From the IMG/VR virus record IMGVR_UViG_3300045988_152944: a stretch of 64,000 nucleotides of DNA; one strand, written 5' to 3'. This stretch comes from a virus. Shown here in pieces: positions 18,323-28,492 of this stretch (positions within the stretch are counted from its first letter, which is position 1; every line of letters begins with the position of its first letter). The position numbers were made by a program, and so were the translations under genes. The notes beneath the pieces were generated by a model that was given only the letters and a program-made list of their open reading frames with translations, was not told where the DNA came from and made no database searches.

Positions 18323-18989
18323 TTGCTCCTGACCACAAATCCCATGACAGCTTCTGTGTCAAATCATTTAACCCTTCACGAATATTTTGGTACCACTCGG
18401 TTTTGGCTCTTACAGAGTTGGCCGGAGAATGCAATTTGAAATCTGTATCAGTTAAAATATTGCGAATATCTAACATGAAATTCTTTTCATTCTCAGCCCA
18501 CCCTAAAAGCAAACAGTGTGCTAAAATATCTTTCGTACGCGATTCTATAAACGCAGACGAAATATTTGACGAAAATCCTGTAAAATCTGCAGCGAACTCG
18601 CCGGCATAATACCATTCAACCGAACATGGTGTTTCGTTTGGAACATCACGCGAGAATGTCACGGTATTGGTTTCGGGATTGTATTCCGCCAGTGGATCGG
18701 CTGTTTTTCCAATGAAAAAACTCATTACTGCATTATCCAGCGGAGTCGTAGACAAAGTATAACTAGCACCACCGTTGCCGTCAAAAACCTCTAACTTGCC
18801 TTGGGCATCTGTATAATTAGAAAACCTGGAGGAAACCGTTGTGGGATTTGCAAACATCCCTAAACCGTTAATCAAGTATGGTCTCATTGTTTTTGAAAAT
18901 TCAACAGGGTTGAGTTCATAAGCACGTAAAATATCGGGGTCATCGAATAAATTCACCGCGCGATTAAAAATATCTTCAAATAGAATCAT
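18297..18989 (-). CDS. head-tail connector region protein (230 aa)
   Basis: Track ORF, G-rich RBS, position after the capsid genes. Confidence 0.5.
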   Translation of the reverse strand: MILFEDIFNRAVNLFDDPDILRAYELNPVEFSKTMRPYLINGLGMFANPTTVSSRFSNYTDAQGKLEVFDGNGGASYTLSTTPLDNAVMSFFIGKTADPLAEYNPETNTVTFSRDVPNETPCSVEWYYAGEFAADFTGFSSNISSAFIESRTKDILAHCLLLGWAENEKNFMLDIRNILTDTDFKLHSPANSVRAKTEWYQNIREGLNDLTQKLSWDLWSGAIGGRQIGK

Positions 18990-19008
18990 AACGACCCCCT
19001 ATTAAAAA

Positions 19009-19701
19009 TTATTTGTTAGTAGTTAGCTCGAGGATTTCGTACTCGAACGCGTTGTTGGTAAAACCATTAAGAATCTGCAACTTTTTCAAATCTCTGAATT
19101 CGGGTGCTTTTTCAATGAATTTACGTTTCCAGTAACTTACAATGAAATCTTTTTGACCATCGCAAACTTTTTCGTAAATATCCTGCACTTCATTCATGGG
19201 AAGTGTGCCAAGTTTGCGAATAAACTCAGAGCTTATCAACGACTCAGACGCCATTTTAAGATTGTTACGACGTGCATAGTATTCCGAACCAGCACCGACA
19301 GCAATAATACCACGGTCAAACCAAGAGCGATATCTGCCGACCAACTCTTCAAATTGTTGAACCGTAAGAGTTCTTACTTCACCGAATGCTGCCATATCAA
19401 TAGAATAATTTGATAGATCGATGTGTGTGGTAATACCAGGCGCATTATCAAACAGATGGACAATCGTCACTTCATCATTACGATTATAACTCGTCGATTG
19501 AGCAACAGGCGTCGCCATATTATTCTTCAATTCTGCAAACTGAGCCATCAAAGACTTCATTGCATCTTGAAGTTCTGCATTTTGATTGCGCAAAAAATCT
19601 ATTTCTTCCTGTTTGTTATCAGGTTTAATTTCAGTTTTTACAACCTTTTCTTCGTTTATTGCCTTTTCTACCGTCTGGGTAGCTTCCTTGTTATTTGCCA
19701 T
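19009..19701 (-). CDS. structural-module protein with N-terminal coiled coil (230 aa)
   Basis: AAGGAG RBS; follows the terminator after the capsid gene. Confidence 0.5.
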   Translation of the reverse strand: MANNKEATQTVEKAINEEKVVKTEIKPDNKQEEIDFLRNQNAELQDAMKSLMAQFAELKNNMATPVAQSTSYNRNDEVTIVHLFDNAPGITTHIDLSNYSIDMAAFGEVRTLTVQQFEELVGRYRSWFDRGIIAVGAGSEYYARRNNLKMASESLISSEFIRKLGTLPMNEVQDIYEKVCDGQKDFIVSYWKRKFIEKAPEFRDLKKLQILNGFTNNAFEYEILELTTNK

Positions 19702-19740
19702 AATAAGTCTCCTTGTGAACTAAAAATCTAAGATAATAAG

Positions 19741-19769
19741 TCTCAACAAGGGCCTCCAAAAGGAGGCCC
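19741..19769 (-). terminator. terminator/attenuator after the major capsid gene
   Basis: Perfect GGGCCTCC-TTTT-GGAGGCCC hairpin (19750-19769), then TTGTTG on the minus strand. Confidence 0.6.
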
Positions 19770-19788
19770 CAATTAGACTTTAAATTAA

Positions 19789-20886
19789 TTATTGAAGATC
19801 GATACGACCAAATTTCGAACCAACGATCGCCGAAACACCAACCCTCATTTGAATACGGATACCGTATCTCTTGTCAGTGGTTTCTTCGGGGATTCTTTCA
19901 ACCGTCATCGAAGTGCCTTCGAAAACGATCTTAACAGGTTTGTACGCATCTGCCGCAACCAGATAAATCTTGTTATCGGGAACCGCGAGGTCAGCCGTCG
20001 TATTGATGGTTGTCGGAACGAGAGCGGGATCAACGGGAATCATTCTCGCGCCAAGGAATTTATCAAGATAGCCCTTGGAGAGATAATCTTCGCCAACAAA
20101 ATATTGAAGGCCAAGGCCGTTAGCACCCGTGGTGTTGACTTTCATCAACGCACCAAGCGAACCAATTGCATAAACGGGAGCGCCACCGTTTGCCGCCGAA
20201 ACTTTCTGAACAAGGCCGGTCCAGTTAGCGGGAGTGTAGCCGTTAGCAATATAACCAGCGCCCATCATATCGCCCGTGACCGAAGTCATAGCAGCAATAA
20301 CTTTCAGGAAGATATATGCTTCGAACGAACGGCCAGCGCGGAGACCGAAGTCACCCCAATCGAACACACCAGCTGCGACTGCATACCAGTCAATAGCCGT
20401 TGCGATTTCGATCGGCGAGGGGTTAACCGTAACTTCGTTATCGAAGATGGGTTGCAATACACCACGGTTTACACCTTCTGCGATTTCGTTGACTTTAAAG
20501 AGTTCGTTAGAACGGATAATGAAACGACCAGTGTCGCCCCAACCGATTTGACGAACTTCAGCAAGGAATCTCGAATAATCCGCACTGGTAACCGACGGAG
20601 CGATCGCGTTGACCACTTCAGCGATAACAGCTTCGAAATTGCTACGAACGGTTTCGTTTTTCGTAATTTGAGGGTTTTTCATGCAAGCAAGGCCTTCCTG
20701 TTCGAATTTAGCTTCGAAACGGGTACCTTCAAGCGCGTATTTAACGATTGCTTCGTTTTGGAGTCTGAGGTCATCTTTCGAGGGCTCAGATTTTGCTTCA
20801 TAATGAGCTTGAGCACTTTCAACGATCGAGCTGATAATTGCGTTGAAATTGTCGTCTTGACTATTAAAATTGAAATGTTCCATCAT
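19789..20886 (-). CDS. major capsid protein (putative, 365 aa)
   Basis: GGGAGG RBS; size and position after the scaffold gene; strong hairpin immediately downstream. Confidence 0.65.
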   Translation of the reverse strand: MMEHFNFNSQDDNFNAIISSIVESAQAHYEAKSEPSKDDLRLQNEAIVKYALEGTRFEAKFEQEGLACMKNPQITKNETVRSNFEAVIAEVVNAIAPSVTSADYSRFLAEVRQIGWGDTGRFIIRSNELFKVNEIAEGVNRGVLQPIFDNEVTVNPSPIEIATAIDWYAVAAGVFDWGDFGLRAGRSFEAYIFLKVIAAMTSVTGDMMGAGYIANGYTPANWTGLVQKVSAANGGAPVYAIGSLGALMKVNTTGANGLGLQYFVGEDYLSKGYLDKFLGARMIPVDPALVPTTINTTADLAVPDNKIYLVAADAYKPVKIVFEGTSMTVERIPEETTDKRYGIRIQMRVGVSAIVGSKFGRIDLQ

Positions 20887-20905
20887 TGCTGTAGTCCTCC
20901 CTTAA

Positions 20906-21466
20906 TTAAAGTCCAACGACTTCGCAAAGATAGAGTTTGCCATTGGCCGACTGACCATAGTTGAAATCTTTGCCGAGGTGAATTTTGACATTGAGTTGAC
21001 CCGCAGTAATAGTTTTTGCACCACTGTCTTTAAGGGTCGTTTTGTTTGCTTCGAGACCTGCGATGTTGCCAACGACAACAGCACCATCAAAGTTGCCTTC
21101 GCCAAGCCAGAATCTGTCATGGAGAGCAAGTCTGCGAGCGCGAACAGGACGGCCAGCAGGTGCTACAAGGTCAAAAAGTTTGACGCCAATTCTGTAAGAG
21201 TTACCAGAGATAGCTCCTTCAGAAACGCCAGGATAATCGATAACGACAACTTCGTCGGTCACAGCGGCCGGCGCAGCAGCGAGATAAACGTTGTAATCTT
21301 TATCGCCAGCTGCAACATAAGTTTTATCGTCTTTGAGTTCGCCAAGTTTAACAAACGCGCCGTCTTCGATAGGAGCGTCGACGCCGTCAGCTTGGTATTG
21401 GCAGGAAATTACATAGGACTGAACGTCTTCCGACATCATTTCAGCCGCTCTAAACACTTTTGCCAT
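20906..21466 (-). CDS. head accessory/decoration-like protein (186 aa)
   Basis: Lies between the scaffold and capsid genes; has the conserved leader ATTTAATTATATAAAGGAG. Confidence 0.3.
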   Translation of the reverse strand: MAKVFRAAEMMSEDVQSYVISCQYQADGVDAPIEDGAFVKLGELKDDKTYVAAGDKDYNVYLAAAPAAVTDEVVVIDYPGVSEGAISGNSYRIGVKLFDLVAPAGRPVRARRLALHDRFWLGEGNFDGAVVVGNIAGLEANKTTLKDSGAKTITAGQLNVKIHLGKDFNYGQSANGKLYLCEVVGL

Positions 21467-21521
21467 AATAAGTTTTCTCCTTTATATAATTAAATAAAAT
21501 GTATTATTTTTCGTATGCTGA

Positions 21522-22982
21522 CTATTCTCTTCCAACATACAGTTTTAGTTTGTCCATAGCACTCATATTCTTCTCAGATTTGATTTCTACGGGTTTTGCG
21601 ATAGGTGTGGTAAACGTCTCTTTTTTGTGAGTTTTACTGCCCTTGTTCGCGTTAAAGACTGCCAATGCTACTTCTGCACGCAATGCGTCAGACGAAGCAT
21701 ACTCGCCACGTGCGCACTTATCGAAAATCGCATCACATTGCTCTTTATTGACGTTTTCGTCGTCCAAAAGCTCGTGCGCTTCTGCCACACGCTTCTCGCA
21801 CTCAATAGCAAATAGCGCTTGGTTGGCTTTAGCGAGTTGTTCTTTGATCTCGTCATAATCGAAATATTTAGAATAAGCTTCTTCTTTTTCGGCCATCTTA
21901 CACTCAAGCTCTTCAATGCGTTTCATAAGTTCGCAATTTTTTGCTTCGAGTTCGCCACATTTCATCAAAAGCTCTTCTTCTGGATTGGGGGCAGGTTCGC
22001 CTTCGCCTTCGGGTTCTCCCGAATAAGCAGGTTCTGCACCTTCTTCACCAGAGGGACATTCCGAATATGCAGGTTCAGGATTATCGGAACCTTTGTCGTC
22101 ATCCGAATCGTCATCATCTTGATTGTCATCTTGATCGTCGTCGTTATCGTCGTCCATATGGCAATCTTGACACTGAGCGTCTTCTTGTGCCGGTGCGACT
22201 GGGCAATCTTCTTGCGCCACTTCACCTTCACCAAAGTTGACAACTTGGGCTTCTTCCTGTAAAGTCAATTCATTGTCCAACTGCTCGCTATCCTCCTTAT
22301 TAGATTTTTCGACATCCACTGCGTCGCCATCCAATTCTTTGTAAGCAAAACACAATGCCGTCTTCTGTCTGTTGAAAACCTCATTATCGATGATATCCAA
22401 GACTGACGCCGATGCACCCTCGATACCTTCCGTAACTGGTTTCCCGTTTTTCGAACCTAATATAGTGATGCCCAGAAGTTCAAACTGGTTGATATATCTG
22501 ATACCATCCCTATCCTCATAGTCCTTTATATCGATCTCAACAGAAACTTTCTTTTTCTTATCTTTAAGCAGCCGTTTAATTTGAGGCAAAGCGTATTGTA
22601 CCCACAGAGCGCATGTAAGCACAATCCAATTTTTCCCCTTATTATCGGGCTCTATAGAGACAGAATCAGACTCTCTGATCAATCCTAATATTCTCTCACC
22701 ATTGGGCATAGTTGTGTCCCAATAAGGTGTGTCGGTCTCGGAATCTCTTTTCCAAGTACCGTTGTGAGATTCAAAATCTTGCTCTTTTGTATTAAAATAT
22801 CCCAAAATTGGTTTATTTCTAAAACTGGGAAGAGCACCCTGCATTGCTTCTAAAGAGAAGCTACTGTGATTACGATTTTCGCCTTCTGAAATAGCCTTCA
22901 TCTCAAGTTGTAAGAAATTACTACCAAGTATTTTCTTTAACTTGATTCTATCGGCCTCAAGGCTAAACACCATTGGATTCAT
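21522..22982 (-). CDS. scaffolding / prohead protease-like protein
   Basis: Start moved from TTG 22991 to ATG 22982. Long D/E-rich linker followed by a C-terminal coiled coil. Lies between the portal and capsid genes. Confidence 0.4.
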   Translation of the reverse strand: MNPMVFSLEADRIKLKKILGSNFLQLEMKAISEGENRNHSSFSLEAMQGALPSFRNKPILGYFNTKEQDFESHNGTWKRDSETDTPYWDTTMPNGERILGLIRESDSVSIEPDNKGKNWIVLTCALWVQYALPQIKRLLKDKKKKVSVEIDIKDYEDRDGIRYINQFELLGITILGSKNGKPVTEGIEGASASVLDIIDNEVFNRQKTALCFAYKELDGDAVDVEKSNKEDSEQLDNELTLQEEAQVVNFGEGEVAQEDCPVAPAQEDAQCQDCHMDDDNDDDQDDNQDDDDSDDDKGSDNPEPAYSECPSGEEGAEPAYSGEPEGEGEPAPNPEEELLMKCGELEAKNCELMKRIEELECKMAEKEEAYSKYFDYDEIKEQLAKANQALFAIECEKRVAEAHELLDDENVNKEQCDAIFDKCARGEYASSDALRAEVALAVFNANKGSKTHKKETFTTPIAKPVEIKSEKNMSAMDKLKLYVGRE

Positions 22983-22997
22983 ATAATTCAATCCCCC

Positions 22998-23711
22998 TTA
23001 CTCTATTTCTTGTTCAACATGAGAAAATTGAAGGGCTCCAGAAATGCGTTGCGCTTTTTTACTCAAGCATAATTTTAGAGCTTCTTTATCCTCAGGCGTT
23101 TTCGCGTTAAATTCAGCCGCAATGAACCCTAACACAACATCGGAAACGTTGTCCACTAAAGCTTTGAAATAAATAGCATCGCTACCCCAGCACTTTAAAA
23201 ATTGATAACTACCAGGGTTTCTATCTTTTATCGACTCAATATTATCAATATAACATTCGCCTTTTGTGGCTAGCTCATTATCTAACTCAATAAACAAAGC
23301 CCGCTGGACATTTTGATAATCCATCAGAAACGGCCTTGTTTGATTATCAACAGCCTCTGCCACAATACTACATTTGGAAAAATTACGCGCGTTTAGATAT
23401 GTGCCGCCATTATGATATGCTACACAAAAGGCACGATTTGCGCCATTATCCCGAACGATTGCATTTAATTGAGATTTAATGTAGGTCGTAACCTTACGAT
23501 TGTCGGCCTCTTCTGTTGGGCTATGTTTTTTAGAATCGTGTATGGCGAGTTTAATGCTCGAATCGATAAGATCTGTTAGGCGTTTCTCCTGTTCTTCTGC
23601 AGCACGATTTTGACGTTTTTGCATAGCTAAAAGCAGCCATAAAAGAATTCCCATAAGAACAGGATAAATACCATATTCAATAATTAATTTTACAATTTCT
23701 CCAGGACCCAT
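22998..23711 (-). CDS. membrane-anchored hypothetical protein (237 aa)
   Basis: GAGGTG RBS; N-terminal TM helix YGIYPVLMGILLWLLLA. Confidence 0.5.
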   Translation of the reverse strand: MGPGEIVKLIIEYGIYPVLMGILLWLLLAMQKRQNRAAEEQEKRLTDLIDSSIKLAIHDSKKHSPTEEADNRKVTTYIKSQLNAIVRDNGANRAFCVAYHNGGTYLNARNFSKCSIVAEAVDNQTRPFLMDYQNVQRALFIELDNELATKGECYIDNIESIKDRNPGSYQFLKCWGSDAIYFKALVDNVSDVVLGFIAAEFNAKTPEDKEALKLCLSKKAQRISGALQFSHVEQEIE

Positions 23712-23719
23712 AATTCACC

Positions 23720-24223
23720 TCATTCGACGATGGGAATGAAGTGCGTATAATCGCTAAAGTGAATATCAAAATGGTACGCCGGCACGGTTTTGACAACCTG
23801 AAGCCACTCGTCTGATTGTTTTACATAATTCAACAATACACCGTTAAGCAAATTTTCTCCAAAAATTCTGATGTCCACGTCATCCGACATATCCGCCAAA
23901 TCTACGATTTCCTTGCACTTCTCAAAAACCTTATTAACGGCAGCCGAATTGACAACCATCATTAGTTCCAGATTATCATACTCTTCATTTGCTCCCTCTA
24001 CAGGTAGCCTAATTGGTCTCGCGTTTAATTTGAGCATTTCGTCGCTAATCATATCTGCCACTTGACCCCAAGCGTGCGCATAACTGTGATGGAATAACTC
24101 TGCTGAATGATTATAATACAGATTTGCCATATTATAATATATGTTATCAGCAACAGCATTCATCTCAAAACACATCTTAACCAGCTCATTTAACGCATTG
24201 TAAGTTTCTTCATGAATTTTCAT
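23720..24223 (-). CDS. hypothetical helical protein (167 aa)
   Basis: AAGGAGG RBS; a weak Dps/ferritin-like impression only. Confidence 0.5.
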   Translation of the reverse strand: MKIHEETYNALNELVKMCFEMNAVADNIYYNMANLYYNHSAELFHHSYAHAWGQVADMISDEMLKLNARPIRLPVEGANEEYDNLELMMVVNSAAVNKVFEKCKEIVDLADMSDDVDIRIFGENLLNGVLLNYVKQSDEWLQVVKTVPAYHFDIHFSDYTHFIPIVE

Positions 24224-24235
24224 GCGTGATCCTCC

Positions 24236-26194
24236 TTAAGTTTCACTGTGCTCTTCAAGATACGTCTCTCGACACTCGTCACATAGAACATCGTCGTCGT
24301 CATCTAGTTCTGCCCCGCAAATTGCACACCGTTTTGCGGCATATACATCTTTGTTTTCACTTGTATTTTCACCTTTCTCGCGTGACGCAGCAGTTTCATC
24401 AGACTCTATATCTTCGTCTTCTAATGCAGGACGACCAACTTTCTTAATTGAACCGTCTTCGTTAGTGTTTGAATCGGCTGACTTCGTTTGTTGTGCGCTT
24501 AACTTTGAAGCCGCAACTTGAGTAAGCGTAGTCAAGTTATTATAAAACCCGATTGCATCTAAATACAACTCGGCAGCCTTAGAATCTTTAACCGTAATGT
24601 CCTCATAAGCAAGCAATTTAGGCACAAGTCCCTTCATACCTGCGGTGACAAGCTCTTTAAGATATTTCTTCTGATTTTGTTCAGAGAAAATATCCCCAAA
24701 GATGTCCACTTTCCATTTATAATCGGCACCTATACATTCTTGGACAATATTGTTAAGTGCTGATTTAAACTGTTTCACCACAAAATCATATTGAGCCGCC
24801 GAAAGCATATTAGCAGTTTTTACCTGCGCAATGCTCGGTTTTTCGGTAGCGATAATATTGCCACCTTCGCCCGCGACACTAATAAAGTTTGAAACCGCTT
24901 TAGTCTTAATGTCACTACTATTAGGAACGTTGTTAAGGCTTTGTAATTTTAAATTCTTCAACGGCGCAAAGAACGCTTCCGTATTGGTGCTCGTCATACT
25001 GTTAAACAAGTTTTGGAATTTTAAAACCGTTTCAGGGTTCATTGCCGTCTGATCACGACCAGTTGAAGGGTTAGGAATCAGCTCAATTTCGCCCGTCAGT
25101 AGCGACGTCAAGGGCGTACTAGCAATAAGCCCTGCCAGTACCGAGTAATCCGTCAATTCTTGCAAATCCATAAAGAGACCTGCTGTATCAGGCGCTGCGG
25201 TAGCTGTAGAGGTGTCGCTACAGAAAGTATAACACAAATCTTGAGGTAATTGGACCCAGAACATATATGTCCTTTTTTCGGTCCTCTCTAGCAATGTGTC
25301 ATAAGAATTACCATCATCATCTACGAACGCATAATTGGCCGCTTTCGCAATGTCCAATTTGTATGACTTTTTCTTAGGATCGAAGACTGCAATTTTATTG
25401 TTGATCATATCACTCCACACTCTTTGAATAAAAGCAGGGTATTGATCAGGAACAAATGCTGGATTCATAAAGACCATTAAATTAAAACTTGCTACAAAAC
25501 CATGTTCCCCAATTGCCGTAAGTTTGACAAATTGTGGCGGAAGTTTTTGCAACGCCGCATAATCTACAATCTTTTTACCACCTTTTTTTGTCACATGACT
25601 ACGCAACAAATAACTCGGCTTACCTTCGCGTTTCACTTCAATCGCAATGCGTTTAAAAGTGTTCACTATATCGAATTTTTCGAGCCACTCGTCCACAAAG
25701 TCGTCATCTTTTTTGAATTTTTCCGTTTTATATTCAGATGCTTCTAAAAAAGGCGGATATTTAACATACTTCATTAGAGGGATATCGCCCGCTTGACGAA
25801 GTATTTTATAATACAAATACTGGCTTGACGACAATGAAGCCGCTGCCCCACGAATATCTTCCTCGTGGAATTGAGGATTTTTTAACGCATTGATAATACT
25901 ATCTTTGCTCATCTCAATTGGCAGACCTGCCAACGTCTTCAATCGTGTATTTTGTAAAAATGGATTATATTGATTTAAATTATAAATACCTTGACCAAGA
26001 ACACTGTTGGAATCAACATCTCCTAAAAACCGATTAAAGAAATCCGTGCATCCTTGCAACACATCTTTAACTTCGGCCCCAGCGTCTCCTGTCGTCATCA
26101 ACAACTTGGAGTCTTGCGGTTGTTCTTGTTCTGTAATGGGAATTTGTTTCTTTGGACGGCCACCTTTGTTTGTGGTCTTATTGGCTTCACCCAT
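24236..26194 (-). CDS. portal protein (putative, 652 aa) with a C-terminal CxxC..CxxC tail
   Basis: Size and position just downstream of terL; AAGGAGG RBS; C-terminus CAICGAELDDDDDVLCDEC. Confidence 0.5.
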   Translation of the reverse strand: MGEANKTTNKGGRPKKQIPITEQEQPQDSKLLMTTGDAGAEVKDVLQGCTDFFNRFLGDVDSNSVLGQGIYNLNQYNPFLQNTRLKTLAGLPIEMSKDSIINALKNPQFHEEDIRGAAASLSSSQYLYYKILRQAGDIPLMKYVKYPPFLEASEYKTEKFKKDDDFVDEWLEKFDIVNTFKRIAIEVKREGKPSYLLRSHVTKKGGKKIVDYAALQKLPPQFVKLTAIGEHGFVASFNLMVFMNPAFVPDQYPAFIQRVWSDMINNKIAVFDPKKKSYKLDIAKAANYAFVDDDGNSYDTLLERTEKRTYMFWVQLPQDLCYTFCSDTSTATAAPDTAGLFMDLQELTDYSVLAGLIASTPLTSLLTGEIELIPNPSTGRDQTAMNPETVLKFQNLFNSMTSTNTEAFFAPLKNLKLQSLNNVPNSSDIKTKAVSNFISVAGEGGNIIATEKPSIAQVKTANMLSAAQYDFVVKQFKSALNNIVQECIGADYKWKVDIFGDIFSEQNQKKYLKELVTAGMKGLVPKLLAYEDITVKDSKAAELYLDAIGFYNNLTTLTQVAASKLSAQQTKSADSNTNEDGSIKKVGRPALEDEDIESDETAASREKGENTSENKDVYAAKRCAICGAELDDDDDVLCDECRETYLEEHSET

Positions 26195-26600
26195 TGGTGC
26201 AATCCTCCTTTTGATGTTTCGGTACTGCGATTAATTGGCCGGAAGCCAAGGCTTGGGCTAACTCAAGTTTAAGTGCCTCGATTTCCATTTTCTTCCGATA
26301 TTTCTCGCTATTTAATTCGTCTATCGCCCGTTTGGTCGCAAGATTAGTAAAATACTCACGCGCCCAATCAGCAACGTATCCGCCCTCATTACAAAGACCG
26401 TCTTCTGTAATCTCCAAAATTACACAATCCGACACGCCACTGCGTTTGATAGCAGATTTTAATTTTTGTTTAGAACACTCTCCCAGTGTTTGGAAATAAA
26501 TTACTCCTTTTATTAGCATAAAAGAGCCCATTTTCCCAATTTTATCTAAGAGATTTTCTATATCAATCCCAGTATGATCGAAAATTATTTTACAGATCAT
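26187..26600 (-). CDS. hypothetical protein (137 aa)
   Basis: AAGGAGG RBS; lies between terL and the portal gene. Confidence 0.55.
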   Translation of the reverse strand: MICKIIFDHTGIDIENLLDKIGKMGSFMLIKGVIYFQTLGECSKQKLKSAIKRSGVSDCVILEITEDGLCNEGGYVADWAREYFTNLATKRAIDELNSEKYRKKMEIEALKLELAQALASGQLIAVPKHQKEDCTNG

Positions 26601-26620
26601 CCTTCTGCCTCCTTTTGCTT

Positions 26621-28492
26621 CTATCTTCGCCGCCCAAATGGATTAGTGAATCCATTAAACGGATTGGCGCTTTGTCTTTGCTTGAATCCTTGAGCAATTC
26701 GATTACTAAACAAAACATCCATATTTGTAGTTGGTTCGGCTGAACCTAAAATTTCTTCTCTTCGCAATTGTGCCAAGTGATGCGCCGCCAACACACAGGT
26801 GTAACATCTATCGTCGTGTAGCTTCCTGGATTTTTCTGGCGGCAAACCGTATTTCACATCGCCGCTAGGTGTTTTTGTTTTTACAATTGCTACAAGTTCT
26901 TCTTTCATAAGATCAATTTCAAGTAGTGCTCGCAATTCTTCTTTTGAAAGTTCGTATTTTTCCCCATCTTTTTCCCAAACTCCGCGTTTGGGTACCGGCA
27001 TTGGGAAAATTAAATAATCGTTTATGATCATTTCTGCACATTCACTAAACATTGTTGTGCGCCACTTGCGCGGCTCAATGATTCGACAAACATCCTTAGC
27101 TTGTCTGAATTTTTCTGCCTGTTCTTTAGCTGTATCATCAGTTAAATCGATAATACCCGCGTGCTCGACCCCATCACGATCTGTCCAAGGAAGCATTAGA
27201 TTGTCTGCATAACTACGACCACCACCCCCAGAACCAGCGTCAACATAAAACATAACGTTTTCGTACTCGGGTGATTTCCCGTTATATGCTACAATGAGTT
27301 TGCGAATCCACTCTAATTGTTCGGGAGAACGTAAAGGCTTCTTATCGCCGTTTGGTAATTTTTCGATAAGGTTAATACCATTAACAATTTTACCCATCCA
27401 TCCGCGTTTTTTGTCTTTCCAATATTCAACAATAAGCACAAAACTGTTGTCTTGTTGCAATGCGGGGTCAAAAAATAAACCATAATGGTGTTCTGGACCT
27501 TCTGATTTAAAGATTGGTAAATAGTCTTGTTCGTTTCGTAAAATATCTTGTCGTTTTACTAACGCGTCAATACCACCCGTGTTATCGAATATGTTATAAT
27601 ACTCGCGCATTGCTCGAGACTCGTTGCTTTTTAATGCGTCATCGATCTCACTTTGTTTAAGCAATGGTGACATTAATTTTCCGTTGAGTTTCGGTGCAAG
27701 CGGAATATCACAATTAATATCTGCACAAAAATATCCAGGTATACCCATCATCATATTGGTGGCACAAAGTTTATACATGGACCACAAATGGGTATTGATG
27801 TCTTCAGCTGACGACGAGTAAATACACTGTGTTGGTATATCCTTTGGATAAACCGACGCATCAAAACCAGAGCCTGTTTTAAAATCACGGTTTTGCGCTG
27901 TAAAAGGTTCTGTTAAATCGAAAAAGGCTTGTGGAATCTTGCCGGCCTCGTCGTAGAAGTTAATATTAGAACGAACACCGACAACAGTCTCTGGTTTACC
28001 TACAAGCGCCCTAATACGCGAACCGTTATAGAGATTACACTCATAACCCTTTTGGCTATGGGTAAACCCGTCGGTATTAGCATTGCTCTTGATGAGTTCA
28101 TCAAAAAACACATCTGTCGTGTTCAACAATGAAGCAATATTCTTTTTTGCAATATCTTCGATTTTCATAAAGGTGTCAAAAGACTGACGCCCCGAAACGT
28201 TCATGATATTTATTTTAAATTGTGGGAACAAAACAGCCTTCGCCATTAAATACACCGCTCCCAAAAATGTTTTACCCGCGTTTCGTGAACATACCCAAGC
28301 GGCTTTTTCTGCCGTCCAGGTGCCCATAATAATCCACCGCTGATAATCCAACAATTGTATTCCAAAAATTTTTTCAATAAATCGAGTGGGATGCTTGCGG
28401 CCCCATTGAATTAACCGATTATATCTTTCAAAACTTTCTTGTTTGCGAATATTTACTTCGTTATCTGTGAGATTCCCATAGACTGAAATCAA
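26621..28492 (-). CDS. terL: terminase large subunit
   Basis: Walker A-like CSRNAGKT, Walker B-like INFYDEAG, acidic nuclease-region residues. TTG start overlaps the upstream stop (TTGA), with AGGAGA 8 nt upstream. Confidence 0.8.
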   Translation of the reverse strand: MISVYGNLTDNEVNIRKQESFERYNRLIQWGRKHPTRFIEKIFGIQLLDYQRWIIMGTWTAEKAAWVCSRNAGKTFLGAVYLMAKAVLFPQFKINIMNVSGRQSFDTFMKIEDIAKKNIASLLNTTDVFFDELIKSNANTDGFTHSQKGYECNLYNGSRIRALVGKPETVVGVRSNINFYDEAGKIPQAFFDLTEPFTAQNRDFKTGSGFDASVYPKDIPTQCIYSSSAEDINTHLWSMYKLCATNMMMGIPGYFCADINCDIPLAPKLNGKLMSPLLKQSEIDDALKSNESRAMREYYNIFDNTGGIDALVKRQDILRNEQDYLPIFKSEGPEHHYGLFFDPALQQDNSFVLIVEYWKDKKRGWMGKIVNGINLIEKLPNGDKKPLRSPEQLEWIRKLIVAYNGKSPEYENVMFYVDAGSGGGGRSYADNLMLPWTDRDGVEHAGIIDLTDDTAKEQAEKFRQAKDVCRIIEPRKWRTTMFSECAEMIINDYLIFPMPVPKRGVWEKDGEKYELSKEELRALLEIDLMKEELVAIVKTKTPSGDVKYGLPPEKSRKLHDDRCYTCVLAAHHLAQLRREEILGSAEPTTNMDVLFSNRIAQGFKQRQSANPFNGFTNPFGRRR

